A stretch of DNA of 64,000 nucleotides, from contig OZ024741.1 in assembly GCA_964016885.1 (NCBI GenBank), forward strand, positions 1,426,001-1,490,000. The letters are read 5' to 3'. Both the position numbers and the translations under genes were made by a program. Of the stretch, positions 1 to 16,700 are shown piece after piece; within the stretch, counting starts at the first letter, position 1; every line of letters begins with the position of its first letter. The notes under the pieces are model-generated. The model worked only from the letters and a program-made list of their open reading frames with translations. It made no database searches and was not told the DNA's origin. This stretch comes from Eledone cirrhosa. Its lineage: Eukaryota.

Positions 1-2669
1 GATAGATTATTAAAGGTAACATCTCCTATCTACAGATAGATTATTAAAGGTAACATCTACCTACATCTAGATTATTAAAGGTAACATCTACCTACAGATA
101 GATTATTAAAGATAACATTTCCTACCTACAGATAGATTATTAAAGGTAACATCTACTACCTACAGATAAATTATTAAAGACAACATCTCCTACCTACAGA
201 AAGATTATTAAAGGTAATATCTACCTACAGATAGATTATTAAAGGTAACATCTCCTACCTACAGATAGATTATTAAAGGTAACATCTCCTACCTACAGGT
301 AGATTATTAAAGGTAACATCTCCTACCTACAGATAGACTATTAAAGGTAACTTCTCCCTACAGAGAAATTATTAAAGGTAACATCTCCTACCTACAGATA
401 GATTATTAAAGGTAACATCTCCTACCTACAGAAAGATTATTAAAGGTAACATCTACCTACAGATAGATTATTAAAGGTAACATCTCCTATCTACAGATAG
501 ATTATTTAAGGTAACATCTACCTACAGATAGATTATTAAAGTTAACATCTACTACCTACAGATAGATTATTAAAGGTAACATCCCCTACCTACAGATAGA
601 TTATTAAAGGTAACATCTACCTACAGATAGATTATTAAAGGTAACATCTACTACCTACAGATAGAATATTAAAGGTAACATCTACCTACAGATAGATTAT
701 TAAAGGTAACATCTACCTACAGAGAGATTATTAAAGGTAACATCCCCTACCTACAGATAGATTATTAAAGGTAACATCTACCTACAGATAGATTATTAAA
801 GGTAACATCTACCTACAGATAGATTATTAAAGGTAACATCTCCTACCTACAGATAGATTATTAAAGGTAACATCTCCTACCTACAGGTAGATTATTAAAG
901 GTAACATCTCCTACCTATAGATAGATTATTAAAGGTAACATCTCTTACCTACAGATAGATTATTAAAGGTAACATCTCCTATCTACAGATATATCATTTA
1001 AGGTAACATCTACCTACAGATAGATTATTAAAGGTAACATCTCCTACCTACAGATAGATTATTAAAGGTAACATCTACCTACAGATATATTATTAAAGTT
1101 AACATCTACTACCTACAGATAGATTATTAAAGGTAACATCTACTACCTACAGTTAGATTATTAAAGGTAACATCTACCTACTGATAGATTATTAAAGGTA
1201 ACATCTCCTACCTACAGATAGATTATAAAAGGTAACATCTCCTACCTACAGATAGATTATTAAAGGTAACATCTACCTGCAGATAGATTATTAAAGGTAA
1301 CATGTCCTACCTACAGATAGATTATTAAAGGTAACATCTCCTGCCTACAGATAGATTATTAAAGGTAACATCTCCTGCCTAGAGATAGATTATTAAAGGT
1401 AACATGTCCTACCTACAGATAGATTATTAAAGGTAACATCTCCTACCTACAGATAGATTATTAAAGGTAACATCTCCTACCTACAGAAAGATTATTAAAG
1501 GTAACATCTACCTACAGATAGATTATTAAAGGTAACATCTCCTATCTACAGATAGATTATTTAAGGTAACATCTACCTACAGATAGATTATTAAAGGTAA
1601 CATCTCCTACCTACAGATAGATTATTAAAGGTAACATCTACCTACAGATAGATTATTAAAGTTAACATCTACTACCTACAGATAGATTATTAAAGGTAAC
1701 ATCCCCTACCTACAGATAGATTATTAAAGGTAACATCTACCTACAGATAGATTATTAAAGGTAACATCTACGTACAGATAGATTATTAACGTTAACATCT
1801 ACCTACAGATAGATTATTAAAGGTAACATCTACCTAAAGAGAGATTATTAAAGGTAACATCTCCTACCTATAGATAGATTATTAAAGGTAACATCTCCTA
1901 CCTACAGATAGATTATTAAAGGTAACATCTACCTACAGATAGATTATTAAAGTTAACATCTACTACCTACAGATAGATTATTAAAGGTAACATCTACTAC
2001 CTACAGATAGATTATTAAAGGTAACATCTACCTACAGATAGATTATTAAAGGTAACATCTACGTACAGATAGATTATTAACGTTAACATCTACCTACAGA
2101 TAGATTATTAAAGGTAACATCTACCTAAAGAGAGATTATTAAAGGTAACATCTCCTACCTATAGATAGATTATTAAAGGTAACATCTACCTACAGATAGA
2201 TTATTAAAGGTAACATCTACCTACAGATAGATTATTAAAGGTAACATCTCCTACCTACAGGTAGATTATTAAAGGTAACATCTCCTACCTACAGGTAGAT
2301 TATTAAAGGTAACATCTCCTATCTACAGATAGATTATTAAAGGTAACATCTACCTACAGATAGATTATTAAAGGTAACATCTCCTACCTACAGATAGATT
2401 ATTAAAGGTAACATCTCCTACCTACAGATAGATTATTAAAGGTAACATCTCCTACCTACAGATAGATTATTAAAGGTAACATCTCCTACCTACAGGTAGA
2501 TTATTAAAGGTAACATCTCCTACCTATAGATAGATTATTAAAGGTAACATCTCTTACCTACAGATAGATTATTAAAGGTAACATCTCCTATCTACAGATA
2601 GATTATTTAAGGTAACATCTACCTACAGATAGATTATTAAAGGTAACATCTACCTACAGATAGATTATT

Positions 2670-3910
2670 AAAGTTAACATCTACTACCTACAGTTAGATT
2701 ATTAAAGACAACATCTCCTACCTACAGGTAGATTATTAAAGGTAACATCTCCTACCTACAGGTAGATTATTAAAGGTAACATCTTCCTACAGATAGATTA
2801 TTAATGTTAACATCTACCTACAGATAGATTATTAAAGGTAACATCTACCTACAGATAGATTATTAAAGGTAACATCTACCTAAAGAGAGATTATTAAAGG
2901 TAACATCTCCTACCTATAGATAGATTATTAAAGGTAACATCTACCTACAGATAGATTATTAAAGGTAACATCTACCTACAGATAGATTAGTAAAGGTAAC
3001 ATCTCCTACCTACAGATAGATTATTAAAGGTAACAACTCCTACCTACAGATAGATTATTAAAGGTAACATCTCCTACCTACAGATAGACAATTAAAGGTA
3101 ACTTCTAACTACAGATAAATTATTAAAGGTAACATCTCCTACCTACAGGTAGATTATTAAAGGTAACATCTCCTACCTACAGATAGATTATTAAAGGTAA
3201 CATCTCCTAACTACAGATAGATTATTAAAGGTAACATCTACCTACAGATAGATTATTAAAGGTAACATCTACCTACAGATAGATTATTAAAGTTAACATC
3301 TACTACATACAGTTAGATTATTAAAGACAACATCTCCTACCTACAGGTAGATTATTAAAGGTAACATCTCCTACCTACAGGTAGATTATTAAAGGTAACA
3401 TCTTCCTACAGATAGATTATTAATGTTAACATCTACCTACAGATAGATTATTAAAGGTAACATCTACCTACAGATAGATTATTAAAGGTAACATCTACCT
3501 AAAGAGAGATTAGTAAAGGTAACATCTCCTACCTATAGATAGATTATTAAAGGTAACATCTACCTACAGATAGATTATTAAAGGTAACATCTACCTACAG
3601 ATAGATTAGTAAAGGTAACATCTCCTACCTACAGATAGATTATTAAAGGTAACAACTCCTACCTACAGATAGATTATTAAAGGTAACATCTCCTACCTAC
3701 AGATAGACAATTAAAGGTAACTTCTAACTACAGATAAATTATTAAAGGTAACATCTCCTACCTACAGGTAGATTATTAAAGGTAACATCTCCTACCTACA
3801 GATAGATTATTAAAGGTAACATCTCCTAACTACAGATAGATTATTAAAGGTAACATCTACCTACAGATAGATTATTAAAGGTAACATCTACCTACAGATA
3901 GATTATTAAA
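2670..3910. repeat. Tandem duplication within satellite A, period 619 bp
   Basis: Rare variant GACAATTAAAGGTAACTTCTAACTAC at 3087 and 3706, with the same order of neighbouring variants. Edges approximate. Confidence 0.8.
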
Positions 3911-6150
3911 GGTAACATCTCCTACCTACAGATATATCATTTAAGGTAACATCTACCTACAGATAGATTATTAAAGGTAACATCTCCTAGCTACAGATAA
4001 ATTATTAAAGGTAACATCTACCTACAGATAGATTATTAAAGGTAACATCTCCTACCTACAGATAGATTATAAAAGGTAACATCTCCTACCTACAGATAGA
4101 TTATTAAAGGTAACATCTGCCTGCAGATAGAATATTAAAGGTAACATGTCCTACCTACAGATAGATTATTAAAGGTAACATCTCCTGCCTACATATAGGT
4201 TATTAAAGGTAACATGTCCTACCTACAGATAGATTATTAAAGGTAACATCTCCTACCTACAGATAGATTATTAAAGGTAACATCTCCTACCTACAGATAG
4301 ATTATTAAAGGTAACATCTCCTACCTACAGATAGATTATTAAAGGTAACATCTCCTACCTACAGATAGATTATTAAAGGTAACATCTCCTACCTACAGAT
4401 AGATTATTAAAGGTAACATGTCCTACCTACAGATAGATTATTAAAGGTAACATCTCCTGCCTACAGATAGATTATTAAAGGTAACATCTCCTACCTACAG
4501 ATAGATTATTAAAGGTAACATCTCCTACCTACAGATAGATTATTAAAGGTAACATCTCCTACCTACAGATAGATTATTAAAGGTAACATCTACCTACAGA
4601 TAGATTATCAAAGGTAACATCTCCTACCTACAGATAGATTATTAAAGGTAACATCTCCTACCTACAGATAGCTTATTAAAGGTATCATCTCCTACCTACA
4701 GGTAGATTATTAAAGGTAACATCTCCTACCTACAGGTAGATTATTAAAGGTAACATCTCCTATCTACAGATAGATTATTAAAGGTAACATCTACCTACAG
4801 ATAGATTATTAAAGGTAACATCTCCTACCTACAGATAGATTATTAAAGGTAACATCTCCTACCTACAGATAGATTATTAAAGGTAACATCTCCTACCTAC
4901 AGATAGATTATTATAGGTAACATCTCCTACCTACAGATAGACAATTAAAGGTAACTTCTAACTACAGATAAATTATTAAAGGTAACATCTCCTACCTACA
5001 GGTAGATTATTAAAGGTAACATCTCCTACCTACAGATAGATTATTAAAGGTAACATCTCCTAACGACAGATAGATTATTAAAGGTAACATCTACCTACAG
5101 ATAGATTATTAAAGGTAACATCTACCTACAGATAGATTATTAAAGGTAACATCTCCTACCTACAGATATATCATTTAAGGTAACATCTACCTACAGATAG
5201 ATTATTAAAGGTAACATCTCCTAGCTACAGATAAATTATTAAAGGTAACATCTACCTACAGATAGATTATTAAAGGTAACATCTCCTACCTACAGATAGA
5301 TTATAAAAGGTAACATCTCCTACCTACAGATAGATTATTAAAGGTAACATCTGCCTGCAGATAGAATATTAAAGGTAACATGTCCTACCTACAGATAGAT
5401 TATTAAAGGTAACATCTCCTGCCTACATATAGGTTATTAAAGGTAACATGTCCTACCTACAGATAGATTATTAAAGGTAACATCTCCTACCTACAGATAG
5501 ATTATTAAAGGTAACATCTCCTACCTACAGATAGATTATTAAAGGTAACATCTCCTACCTACAGATAGATTATTAAAGGTAACATCTCCTACCTACAGAT
5601 AGATTATTAAAGGTAACATCTCCTACCTACAGATAGATTATTAAAGGTAACATGTCCTACCTACAGATAGATTATTAAAGGTAACATCTCCTGACTACAG
5701 ATAGATTATTAAAGGTAACATCTCCTACCTACAGATAGATTATTAAAGGTAACATCTCCTACCTACAGATAGATTATTAAAGGTAACATCTCCTACCTAC
5801 AGATAGATTATTAAAGGTAACATCTACCTACAGATAGATTATCAAAGGTAACATCTCCTACCTACAGATAGATTATTAAAGGTAACATCTCCTACCTACA
5901 GATAGATTATTAAAGGTATCATCTCCTACCTACAGGTAGATTATTAAAGGTAACATCTCCTACCTACAGGTAGATTATTAAAGGTAACATCTCCTATCTA
6001 CAGATAGATTATTAAAGGTAACATCTACCTACAGATAGATTATTAAAGGTAACATCTCCTACCTACAGATAGATTATTAAAGGTAACATCTCCTACCTAC
6101 AGATAGATTATTAAAGGTAACATCTCCTACCTACAGATAGATTATTAAAG
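3690..6150. repeat. Tandem duplication within satellite A, period 1234 bp
   Basis: GACAATT variant at 3706 and 4940; CATATAGGTT variant at 4192 and 5426 (both offset 1234). Edges approximate. Confidence 0.85.
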
Positions 6151-8499
6151 GTAACATCTCCTACCTACAGGTAGATTAATAAAGGTAACATCTCCTACCT
6201 ATAGATAGATTATTAAAGGTAACATCTCTTACCTACAGATAGATTATTAAAGGTAACATCTCCTATCTACAGATAGATTATTTAAGGTAACATCTACCTA
6301 CAGATAGATTATTAAAGGTAACATCTACCTACAGATAGATTATTAAAGTTAACATCTACTACCTACAGTTAGATTATTAAAGACAACATCTCCTACGTAC
6401 AGGTAGATTATTAAAGGTAACATCTCCTACCTACAGGTAGATTATTAAAGGTAACATCTTCCTACAGATAGATTATTAATGTTAACATCTACCTACAGAT
6501 AGATTATTAAAGGTAACATCTACCTACAGATAGATTATTAAAGGTAACATCTACCTAAAGAGAGATTATTAAAGGTAACATCTACTACCTACAGGTAGAT
6601 TATTAAAGGTAACATCTCCTACCTATAGATAGATTATTAAAGGTAACATCTCTTACCTACAGATAGATTATTAAAGGTAACATCTCCTATCTACAGATAG
6701 ATTATTTAAGGTAACATCTACCTACAGATAGATTATTAAAGGTAACATCTACCTACAGATAGATTATTAAAGTTAACATCTACTACCTACAGTTAGATTA
6801 TTAAAGACAACATCTCCTACCTACAGGTAGATTATTAAAGGTAACATCTCCTACCTACAGATAGATTATAAAAGGTAACATCTCCTACCTACAGATAGAT
6901 TATAAAAGGTAACATCTCCTACTTACAGATAGATTATTAAAGGTAACATCTACTACCTACATATAGATTATTAAAGGTAACATGTGCTACCTACAGATAG
7001 ATTATTAAAGGTAATATCTCCTACCTACAGATAGATTGTTAAAGGTAACATCTCCTACCTACAGATAGATTATTAAAGGTAACATCTCCTACCTACAGAT
7101 AGATTAATAAAGGTAACATCTCCTACCTACAGATAGATTATTTAAGGTAACATCTTCCTACAGATAGATTATTAATGTTAACATCTACCTACAGATAGAT
7201 TATTAAAGGTAACATCTACCTACAGATAGATTATTAAAGGTAACATCTCCTACCTATAGATAGATTATTAAAGGTAACATCTCTTACCTACAGATAGATT
7301 ATTAAAGGTAACATCTCCTATCTACAGATAGATTATTTAAGGTAACATCTACCTACAGATAGATTATTAGAGGTAACATCTACCTACAGATAGATTATTA
7401 AAGTTAACATCTACTACCTACAGTTAGATTATTAAAGACAACATCTCCTACCTACAGGTAGATTATTAAAGGTAACATCTCCTACCTACAGGTAGATTAT
7501 TAAAGGTAACATCTTCCTACAGATAGATTATTAATGTTAACATCTACCTACAGATAGATTATTAAAGGTAACATCTACCTACAGATAGATTATTAAAGGT
7601 AACATCTACCTACAGATAGGTTAGTAAAGGTAACATCTCCTACCTACAGATAGATTATTAAAGGTAACAACTCCTACCTACAGATAGATTATTAAAGGTA
7701 ACTTCTACCTACAGATAAATTATTAAAGGTAACATCTCCTACCTACAGGTAGATTATTAAAGGTAAGATCTCCTACCTATAGATAGATTATTAAAGGTAA
7801 CATCTCCTACCTACAGAGAGATTATTAAAGGTAACATCTCCTATCTACAAATATATCATTTAAGGTAACATCTCCTACCTACAGATAGATTATTAAAGGT
7901 AACATCTCCTACCTACAGATAGATTATTAAAGGTAACATCTCCTACCTACAGATAGATTATTAAAGGTAACATGTCCTACCTACAGATAGATTATTAAAG
8001 GTAACATCTCCTGCCTACAGATAGATTATTAAAGGTAACATCTCCTACCTACAGATAGATTATTAAAGGTAACATCTCCTACCTACAGATAGATTATTAA
8101 AGGTAACATCTCCTACCTACAGATAGATTATTAAAGGTAACATCTAACTACAGATAGATTATCAAAGGTAACATCTCCTACCTACAGATAGATTATTAAA
8201 GGTAACATCTCCTACCTACAGATAGATTATTAAAGGTAACATCTCCTACCTACAGGTAGATTATTAAAGGTAACATCTCCTACCTACAGGTAGATTATTA
8301 AAGGTAACATCTCCTATCTACAGATAGATTATTAAAGGTAACATATATCTACAGATAGATTATTAAAAGTAATATCTCCTACCTACAGATAAATTATGAA
8401 AGGCAACATCTCCTACCTACAGATAGATTATTAAAGGTAACATCTCCTACCTACAGATAGATTATTAAAGGTAACATCTCCTACCTACAGATAGATTAT

Positions 8500-11400
8500 T
8501 AAAGGTAAAATCTCCTACCTACAGATAGATTATTAAAGGTAACATCTCCTACCTACAGGTAGATTATTAAAGGTAACATCTCCTACCTATAGATAGATTA
8601 TTTAAGGTAACATCTACCTACAGATAGATTATTAAAGGTAACATCTACCTACAGATAGATTATTAAAGTTAACATCTACTACCTACAGTTAGATTATTAA
8701 AGACAACATCTCCTACCTACAGGTAGATTATTAAAGGTAACATCTCCTACCTACAGATAGATTATAAAAGGTAACATCTCCTACCTACAGATAGATTATA
8801 AAAGGTAACATCTCCTACTTACAGATAGATTATTAAAGGTAACATCTACTACCTACAGATAGATTATTAAAGGTAACATGTCCTACCTACAGATAGATTA
8901 TTAAAGGTAATATCTCCTACCTACAGATAGATTGTTAAAGGTAACATCTCCTACCTACAGATAGATTATTAAAGGTAACATCTCCTACCTACAGATAGAT
9001 TAATAAAGGTAACATCTCCTACCTACAGATAGATTATTTAAGGTAACATCTTCCTACAGATAGATTATTAATGTTAACATCTACCTACAGATAGATTATT
9101 AAAGGTAACATCTACCTACAGATAGATTATTAAAGGTAACATCTACCTACAGATAGATTATTAAAGGTAACATCTCCTACCTACAGATAGACTATTAAAG
9201 GTAACTTCTACCTACAGATAAATTATTAAAGGTAACATCTCCTACCTACAGGTAGATTATTAAAGGTAACATCTCCTACCTATAGATAGATTATTAAAGA
9301 TAACATCTCCTACCTACAGATAGATTATTAAAGGTAACATCTCCTAACTACAGATAGATTATTAAAGGTAACATCTACCTACAGATAGATTATTAAAGGT
9401 AACATCTACCTACAGATAGATTATTAAAGGTAACATCTACCTACAGATAGATTAGTAAAGGTAACATCTACCTACAGATAGATTATTAAAGGTAACATCT
9501 CCTACCTACAGATAGATTATTAAAGGTTACATCTACCTACAGATAGATTATAAAAGGTAACATCTCCTACCTACAGATAGATTATTAAAGGTAACATCTA
9601 CCTACAGATAGATTATTAAAGGTAACCTCTCCTGTCTACAGATAGATTATTTAAGGTAACATCTACCTCCAGATAGATTATTAAAGGTAACATCTACCTA
9701 CAGATAGATTATTAAAGGTAACATCTACTACCTACAGATAGATTATTAAAGGTAACATGTCCTACCTACAGATAGATTATTAAAGGTAACATCTCCTGCC
9801 TACAGATAGATTATTATAGGTAACATCTCCTACCTGCAGGTAGATTATTAAAGGTAACATCTCTTATCTACAGATAGATTATTAAAGGTAACATCTCTTA
9901 CCTACAGATAGATTATTAAAGGTAACCTCTCCTATCTACAGATAGATTATTTAAGGTAACATCTACCTACAGATAGATTATTAAAGGTAACATCTACCTA
10001 CAGATAGATTATTAAAGGTAACATCTACTACCTACAGATAGATTATTAAAGGTAACATGTCCTACCTACAGATAGATTATTATAGGTAACATCTCCTACC
10101 TGCAGGTAGATTATTAAAGGTAACATCTCTTATCTACAGATAGATTATTAAAGGTAACATCTACCTACAGATAGATAATTAAAGGTAACATCTACCTACA
10201 GATAGATTATTAAAGGTAACATCTCCTACCTATAGATAGATTATTAAAGGTAACATCTCCTACCTACAGGTAGATTATTAAAGGTAACATCTCTTATCTA
10301 CAGATAGATTATTAAAGGTAACATCTAACTACAGATAGATTATTAAAGGTAACAACTCCTACCTACAGATAGATTATTAAAGACAACATCTCCTACCTAC
10401 AGATGGATTATTAAAGGTAACATCTACCTACAGATAGATAATTAAAGGTAACATCTACTACCTACAGATAAATTATTAAAGTTAACATGTCCTACCAAAA
10501 GATAGATTATTAAAGGTAACATCTACCTACAGATGTATTATTAAAGGTAAAATCTCCTACCTACAGATAGATTATTAAAGGTAACATCTCCTACCTACAG
10601 GTAGATTATTAAAGGTAACATCTCCTACCTATAGATAGATTATTAAAGGTAACATCTCTTACCTACAGATAGATTATTAAAGGTAACATCTCCTATCTAC
10701 AGATAGATTATTTAAGGTAACATCTACCTACAGATAGATTATTAAAGGTAACATCTACCTACAGATAGATTATTAAAGTTAACATCTACTACCTACAGTT
10801 AGATTATTAAAGACAACATCTCCTACCTACAGGTAGATTATTAAAGGTAACATCTCCTACCTACAGATAGATTATAAAAGGTAACATCTCCTACCTACAG
10901 ATAGATTATAAAAGGTAACATCTCCTACTTACAGATAGATTATTAAAGGTAACATCTACTACCTACATATAGATTATTAAAGGTAACATGTCCTACCTAC
11001 AGATAGATTATTAAAGGTAATATCTCCTACCTACAGATAGATTGTTAAAGGTAACATCTCCTACCTACAGATAGATTATTAAAGGTAACATCTCCTACCT
11101 ACAGATAGATTATTTAAGGTAACATCTTCCTACAGATAGATTATTAATGTTAACATCTACCTACAGATAGATTATTAAAGGTAACATCTACCTACAGATA
11201 GATTATTAAAGGTAACATCTACCTACAGATAGTTTATTAAAGGTAACATCTCCTACCTACAGATAGACTATTAAAGGTAACTTCTACCTACAGATAAATT
11301 ATTAAAGGTAACATCTCCTACCTACAGGTAGATTATTAAAGGTAACATCTCCTACCTATAGATAGATTATTAAAGATAACATCTCCTACCTACAGATAGA

Positions 11401-12590
11401 TTATTAAAGGTAACATCTCCTAACTACAGATAGATTATTAAAGGTAACATCTACCTACAGATAGATTATTAAATGTAACATCTACCTACAGATAGATTAT
11501 TAAAGGTAACATCTACCTACAGATAGATTATTAAAGGTAACATCTACCTACAGATAGATTATTAAAGGTAACATCTCCTACCTACAGATAGATTATTAAA
11601 GGTTACATCTACCTACAGATAGATTATAAAAGGTAACATCTCCTACCTACAGATAGATTATTAAAGGTAACATCTACCTACAGATAGATTATTAAAGGTA
11701 ACCTCTCCTGTCTACAGATAGATTATTTAAGGTAACATCTACCTCCAGATAGATTATTAAAGGTAACATCTACCTACAGATAGATTATTAAAGGTAACAT
11801 CTACTACCTACAGATAGATTATTAAAGGTAACATGTCCTACCTACAGATAGATTATTAAAGGTAACATCTCCTGCCTACAGATAGATTATTATAGGTAAC
11901 ATCTCCTACCTGCAGGTAGATTATTAAAGGTAACATCTCTTATCTACAGATAGATTATTAAAGGTAACATCTCTTACCTACAGATAGATTATTAAAGGTA
12001 ACCTCTCCTATCTACAGATAGATTATTTAAGGTAACATCTACCTACAGATAGATTATTAAAGGTAACATCTACCTACAGATAGATTATTAAAGGTAACAT
12101 CTACTACCTACAGATAGATTATTAAAGGTAACATGTCCTACCTACAGATAGATTATTAAAGGTAACATCTCCTACCTACAGATAGATTATTAAAGGTAAC
12201 ATCTACCTACAGATAGATTATTAAAGGTAACATCTACTACCTACAGATAGATTATTAAAGGTAACATCTCCTACCTATAGATAGATTATTAAAGGTAACA
12301 TCTCCTACCTACAGGTAGATTATTAAAGGTAACATCTCTTATCTACAGATAGATTATTAAAGGTAACATCTAACTACAGATAGATTATTAAAGGTAACAA
12401 CTCCTACCTACAGATAGATTATTAAAGGCAACATCTCCTACCTACAGATGGATTATTAAAGGTAACATCTACCTACAGATAGATAATTAAAGGTAACATC
12501 TACTACCTACAGATAAATTATTAAAGTTAACATGTCCTACCAAAAGATAGATTATTAAAGGTAACATCTACCTACAGATGTATTATTAAA
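8500..12590. repeat. Tandem duplication within satellite A, period about 2.05 kb with monomer-sized indels
   Basis: AAAGGTAAAATCTCC at 8501/10543; ATCTACCTCCAG at 9661/11737; CCTACCAAAAG at 10491/12536. Confidence 0.82.
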
Positions 12591-13705
12591 GGTAACATCT
12601 ACTACCTACAGATAGATTATTAAAGACAACATCTCCTACCTACAGATAGATTATTAAAGATAACATCTCCTGCCTACAGATAGATTATTAAAGGTAACAT
12701 CTCCTGCCTACAGATAGATTATTAAAGGTAACATCTACCTACAGATAGATTATTAAAGTTAACATCTCCTACTTACAGATAGATTATTAAAGGTAACATC
12801 TGCTACCTACAGATAGATTATTAATGGTATCATCTCCTGCCTACAGATAGATTAATAAAGGTAACATCTCCTACCTACAGTTAGATTATTAAAGGCAACA
12901 TCTTCCTACAGATAGATTATTAATGTTAACATCTACCTACAGATAGATTATTAAAGGTAACATCTACCTACAGATAGATTATTAAAGGTAACATCTACCT
13001 ACAGATAGATTAGTAAAGGTAAAATCTCCTACCTACAGATAGATTATTAAAGGTAACAACTCCTACCTACAGATAGATTATTAAAGGTAACATCTCCTAC
13101 CTACAGATAGACTATTAAAGGTAACTTCTACCTACAGATAAATTATTAAAGGTAACATCTCCTACCTACAGGTAGATTATTAAAGGTAACATCTCCTACC
13201 TATAGATAGATTATTAAAGATAACATCTCCTACCTACAGATAGATTATTAAAGGTAACATCTACCTACAGATAGATTATTAAAGGTAACATCTACATACA
13301 GATAGATTATTAAAGGTAACATCTACCTACAGATAGATTATTAAAGGTAACATCTACCTACAGATAGATTATTAAAGGTAACATCTCCTACCTACAGATA
13401 GATTATTAAAGGTAACATCTCCTGCCTACAGATAGATTATTAAAGGTAACACCTACCTACAGATAGATTATTAAAGTTAACATCTCCTACTTACAGATAG
13501 ATTATTAAAGGTAACATCTGCTACCTACAGATAGATTATTAAAGGTATCATCTCCTACCTACAGATAGATTATTAAAGGTAACATCTACCTACAGATAGA
13601 TTATTAACGGTATCATCTCCTGCCTACAGATAGATTATTAAAGGTAACATCTACTTACAGATAGATTATTAATGTTAACATCTACCTACAGATAGATTAT
13701 TAAAG

Positions 13706-16700
13706 GTAACATCTACCTACAGAGAGATTATTAAAGGTATCATCTCCTACTTACAGATAGATTATTAAAGGTAACATCTCCTACCTACAGAGAGATTATT
13801 AAAGGTAACATCTCCTACCTACAGATAGATTAATAAAGGTAACATCTCCTACCTACAGATAGATTATTAAAGGTAACATCTTCCTACAGATAGATTATTA
13901 ATGTTAACATCTACCTACAGATAGATTATTAAAGGTAACATCTACCTACAGATAGATTATTAAAGGTAACATCTACCTACAGATAGATTAGTAAAGGTAA
14001 AATCTCCTACCTACAGATAGATTATTAAAGGTAACAACTCCTACCTACAGATAGATTATTAAAGGTAACATCTCCTACCTACAGATAGACTATTAAAGGT
14101 AACTTCTACCTACAGATAAATTATTAAAGGTAACATCTCCTACCTACAGGTAGATTATTAAAGGTAACATCTCCTACCTATAGATAGACTATTAAAGATA
14201 ACATCTCCTACCTACAGATAGATTATTAAAGGTAACATCTCCTAACTACAGATAGATTATTAAAGGTAACATCTACCTACAGATAGATTATTAAAGGTAA
14301 CATCTACCTACAGATAGATTATTAAAGGTAACATCTACCTACAGATAGATTATTAAAGGTAACATCTACCTACAGATAGATTATTAAAGGTAACATCTGC
14401 TACCTACAGATAGATTATTAAAGGTTACATCTACCTACAGATAGATTATAAAAGGTAACATCTCCTACCTACAGATAGATTATTAAAGGTAACATCTACC
14501 TACAGATAGATTATTAAAGGTAACATCTACTACCTACAGATAGATTATTAAAGGTAACATGTCCTACCTACAGATAGATTATTAAAGGTAACATCTCCTG
14601 CCTACAGATACATTATTATAGGTAACATCTCCTACCTACAGATATATTATTAAAGGTAACATCTCCTACCTACAGATAGATTATTAAAGGTAACATCTCC
14701 TACCTACAGATAGATTATTAAAGGTAACATCTCCTACCTACAGATAGATTATTAAAGGTAACATCTACCTACAGATAGATTATCAAAGGTAATATTTCCT
14801 ACCTACAGATAGATTATTAAAGGTAACATCTCCTACCTACAAATAGATTATTAAAGGTAACATCTCCTACCTGCAGGTAGATTATTAAAGGTAACATCTC
14901 CTACCTACAGGTAGATTATTAATGGTAACATCTCCTATCTACAGATAGATTATTAACGGTAACATCTACCTACAGATAGATTATTAAAGGTAACAACTCC
15001 TACCTACAGATAGATTATTAAAGGTAACATCTCCTACCTACAGATAGATTATTAAAGGTTACATCTACCTACAGATAGATTATAAAAGGTAACATCTCCT
15101 ACCTACAGATGGATTATTAAAGGTAACATCTACCTACAGATAGATAATTAAAGGTAACATCTACTACCTACAGATAAATTATTAAAGGTAACATGTCCTA
15201 CCAAAAGATAGATTATTAAAGGTAACATCTACTACCTACAGATAGATTATTAAAGACAACATCTCCTACCTACAGATAGATTATTAAAAGTAACATCTCC
15301 TGCCTACAGATAGATTATTAAAGGTAACATCTCCTGCCTACAGATAGATTATTAAAGGTAACATCTACCTACAGATAGATTATTAAAGTTAACATCTCCT
15401 ACTTACAGATAGATTATTAAAGGTAACATCTGCTACCTACAGATAGATTATTAAAGGTATCATCTCCTACCTACAGATAGATTATTAATGGTATCATCTC
15501 CTGCCTACAGATAGATTAATAAAGGTAACATCACCTACCTACAGTTAGATTATTAAAGGTAACATCTTCCTACAGATAGATTATTAATGTTAACATCTAC
15601 CTACAGATAGATTATTAAAGGTAACATCTACCTACAGATAGATTATTAAAGGTAACATCTACCTACAGATAGATTAGTAAAGGTAAAATCTCCTACCTAC
15701 ATATAGATTATTAAAGGTAACGACTCCTACCTACAGATAGATTATTAAAGGTAACATCTCCTACCTACAGATAGACTATTAAAGGTAACTTCTACCTACA
15801 GATAAATTATAAAAGGTAACATCTCCTACCTACAGGTAGATTATTAAAGGTAACATCTCCTACCTATAGATAGATTATTAAAGATAACATCTCCTACCTA
15901 CAGATATATTATTAAAGGTAACATCTCCTAACTAAAGATAGATTATTAAAGGTAACATCTACCTACAGATAGATTATTAAAGGTAACATCTACCTACAGA
16001 TAGATTATTAAAGGTAACATCTCCTACCTACAGATAGATTATAAAAGGTAACATCTCCTGCCTACAGATAGATTATTAAAGGTAACATCTACCTACAGAT
16101 AGATTATTAAAGTTAACATCTCCTACTTACAGATAGATTATTAAAGGTAACATCTGCTACCTACAGATAGATTATTAAAGGTATCATCTCCTACCTACAG
16201 ATAGATTATTAAAGGTAACATCTACCTACAGATAGATTATTAAAGGTATCATCTCCTGCCTACAGATAGATTATTAAAGGTAACATCTACTTACAGATAG
16301 ATTATTAATGTTAACATCTACCTATAGATAGATTATTAAAGGTAACATCTACATACAGATAGATTATTTAAGGTAACATCTCCTGCCTACAGATAGATTA
16401 TTAAAGGTAACATCTCCTACCTACAGATAGATTATAAAAGGTAACATCTCCTACCTACAGATAGACTATTAAAGGTAACATGTACCTACAGATAGATTAT
16501 TAAAGGTAACATCTACTACCTACAGATAGATTATTAAAGGTAACATGTCCTACCTACAGATAGATTATTAAAGGTAACATCTCCTGCCTACAGATAGATT
16601 ATTAAAGGTAACATCTCCTACCTACAGATAGATTATTAAAGGTAACATCTCCTACTTACAGATAGATTATTAAAGGTAACATCTACTACCTACAGATAGA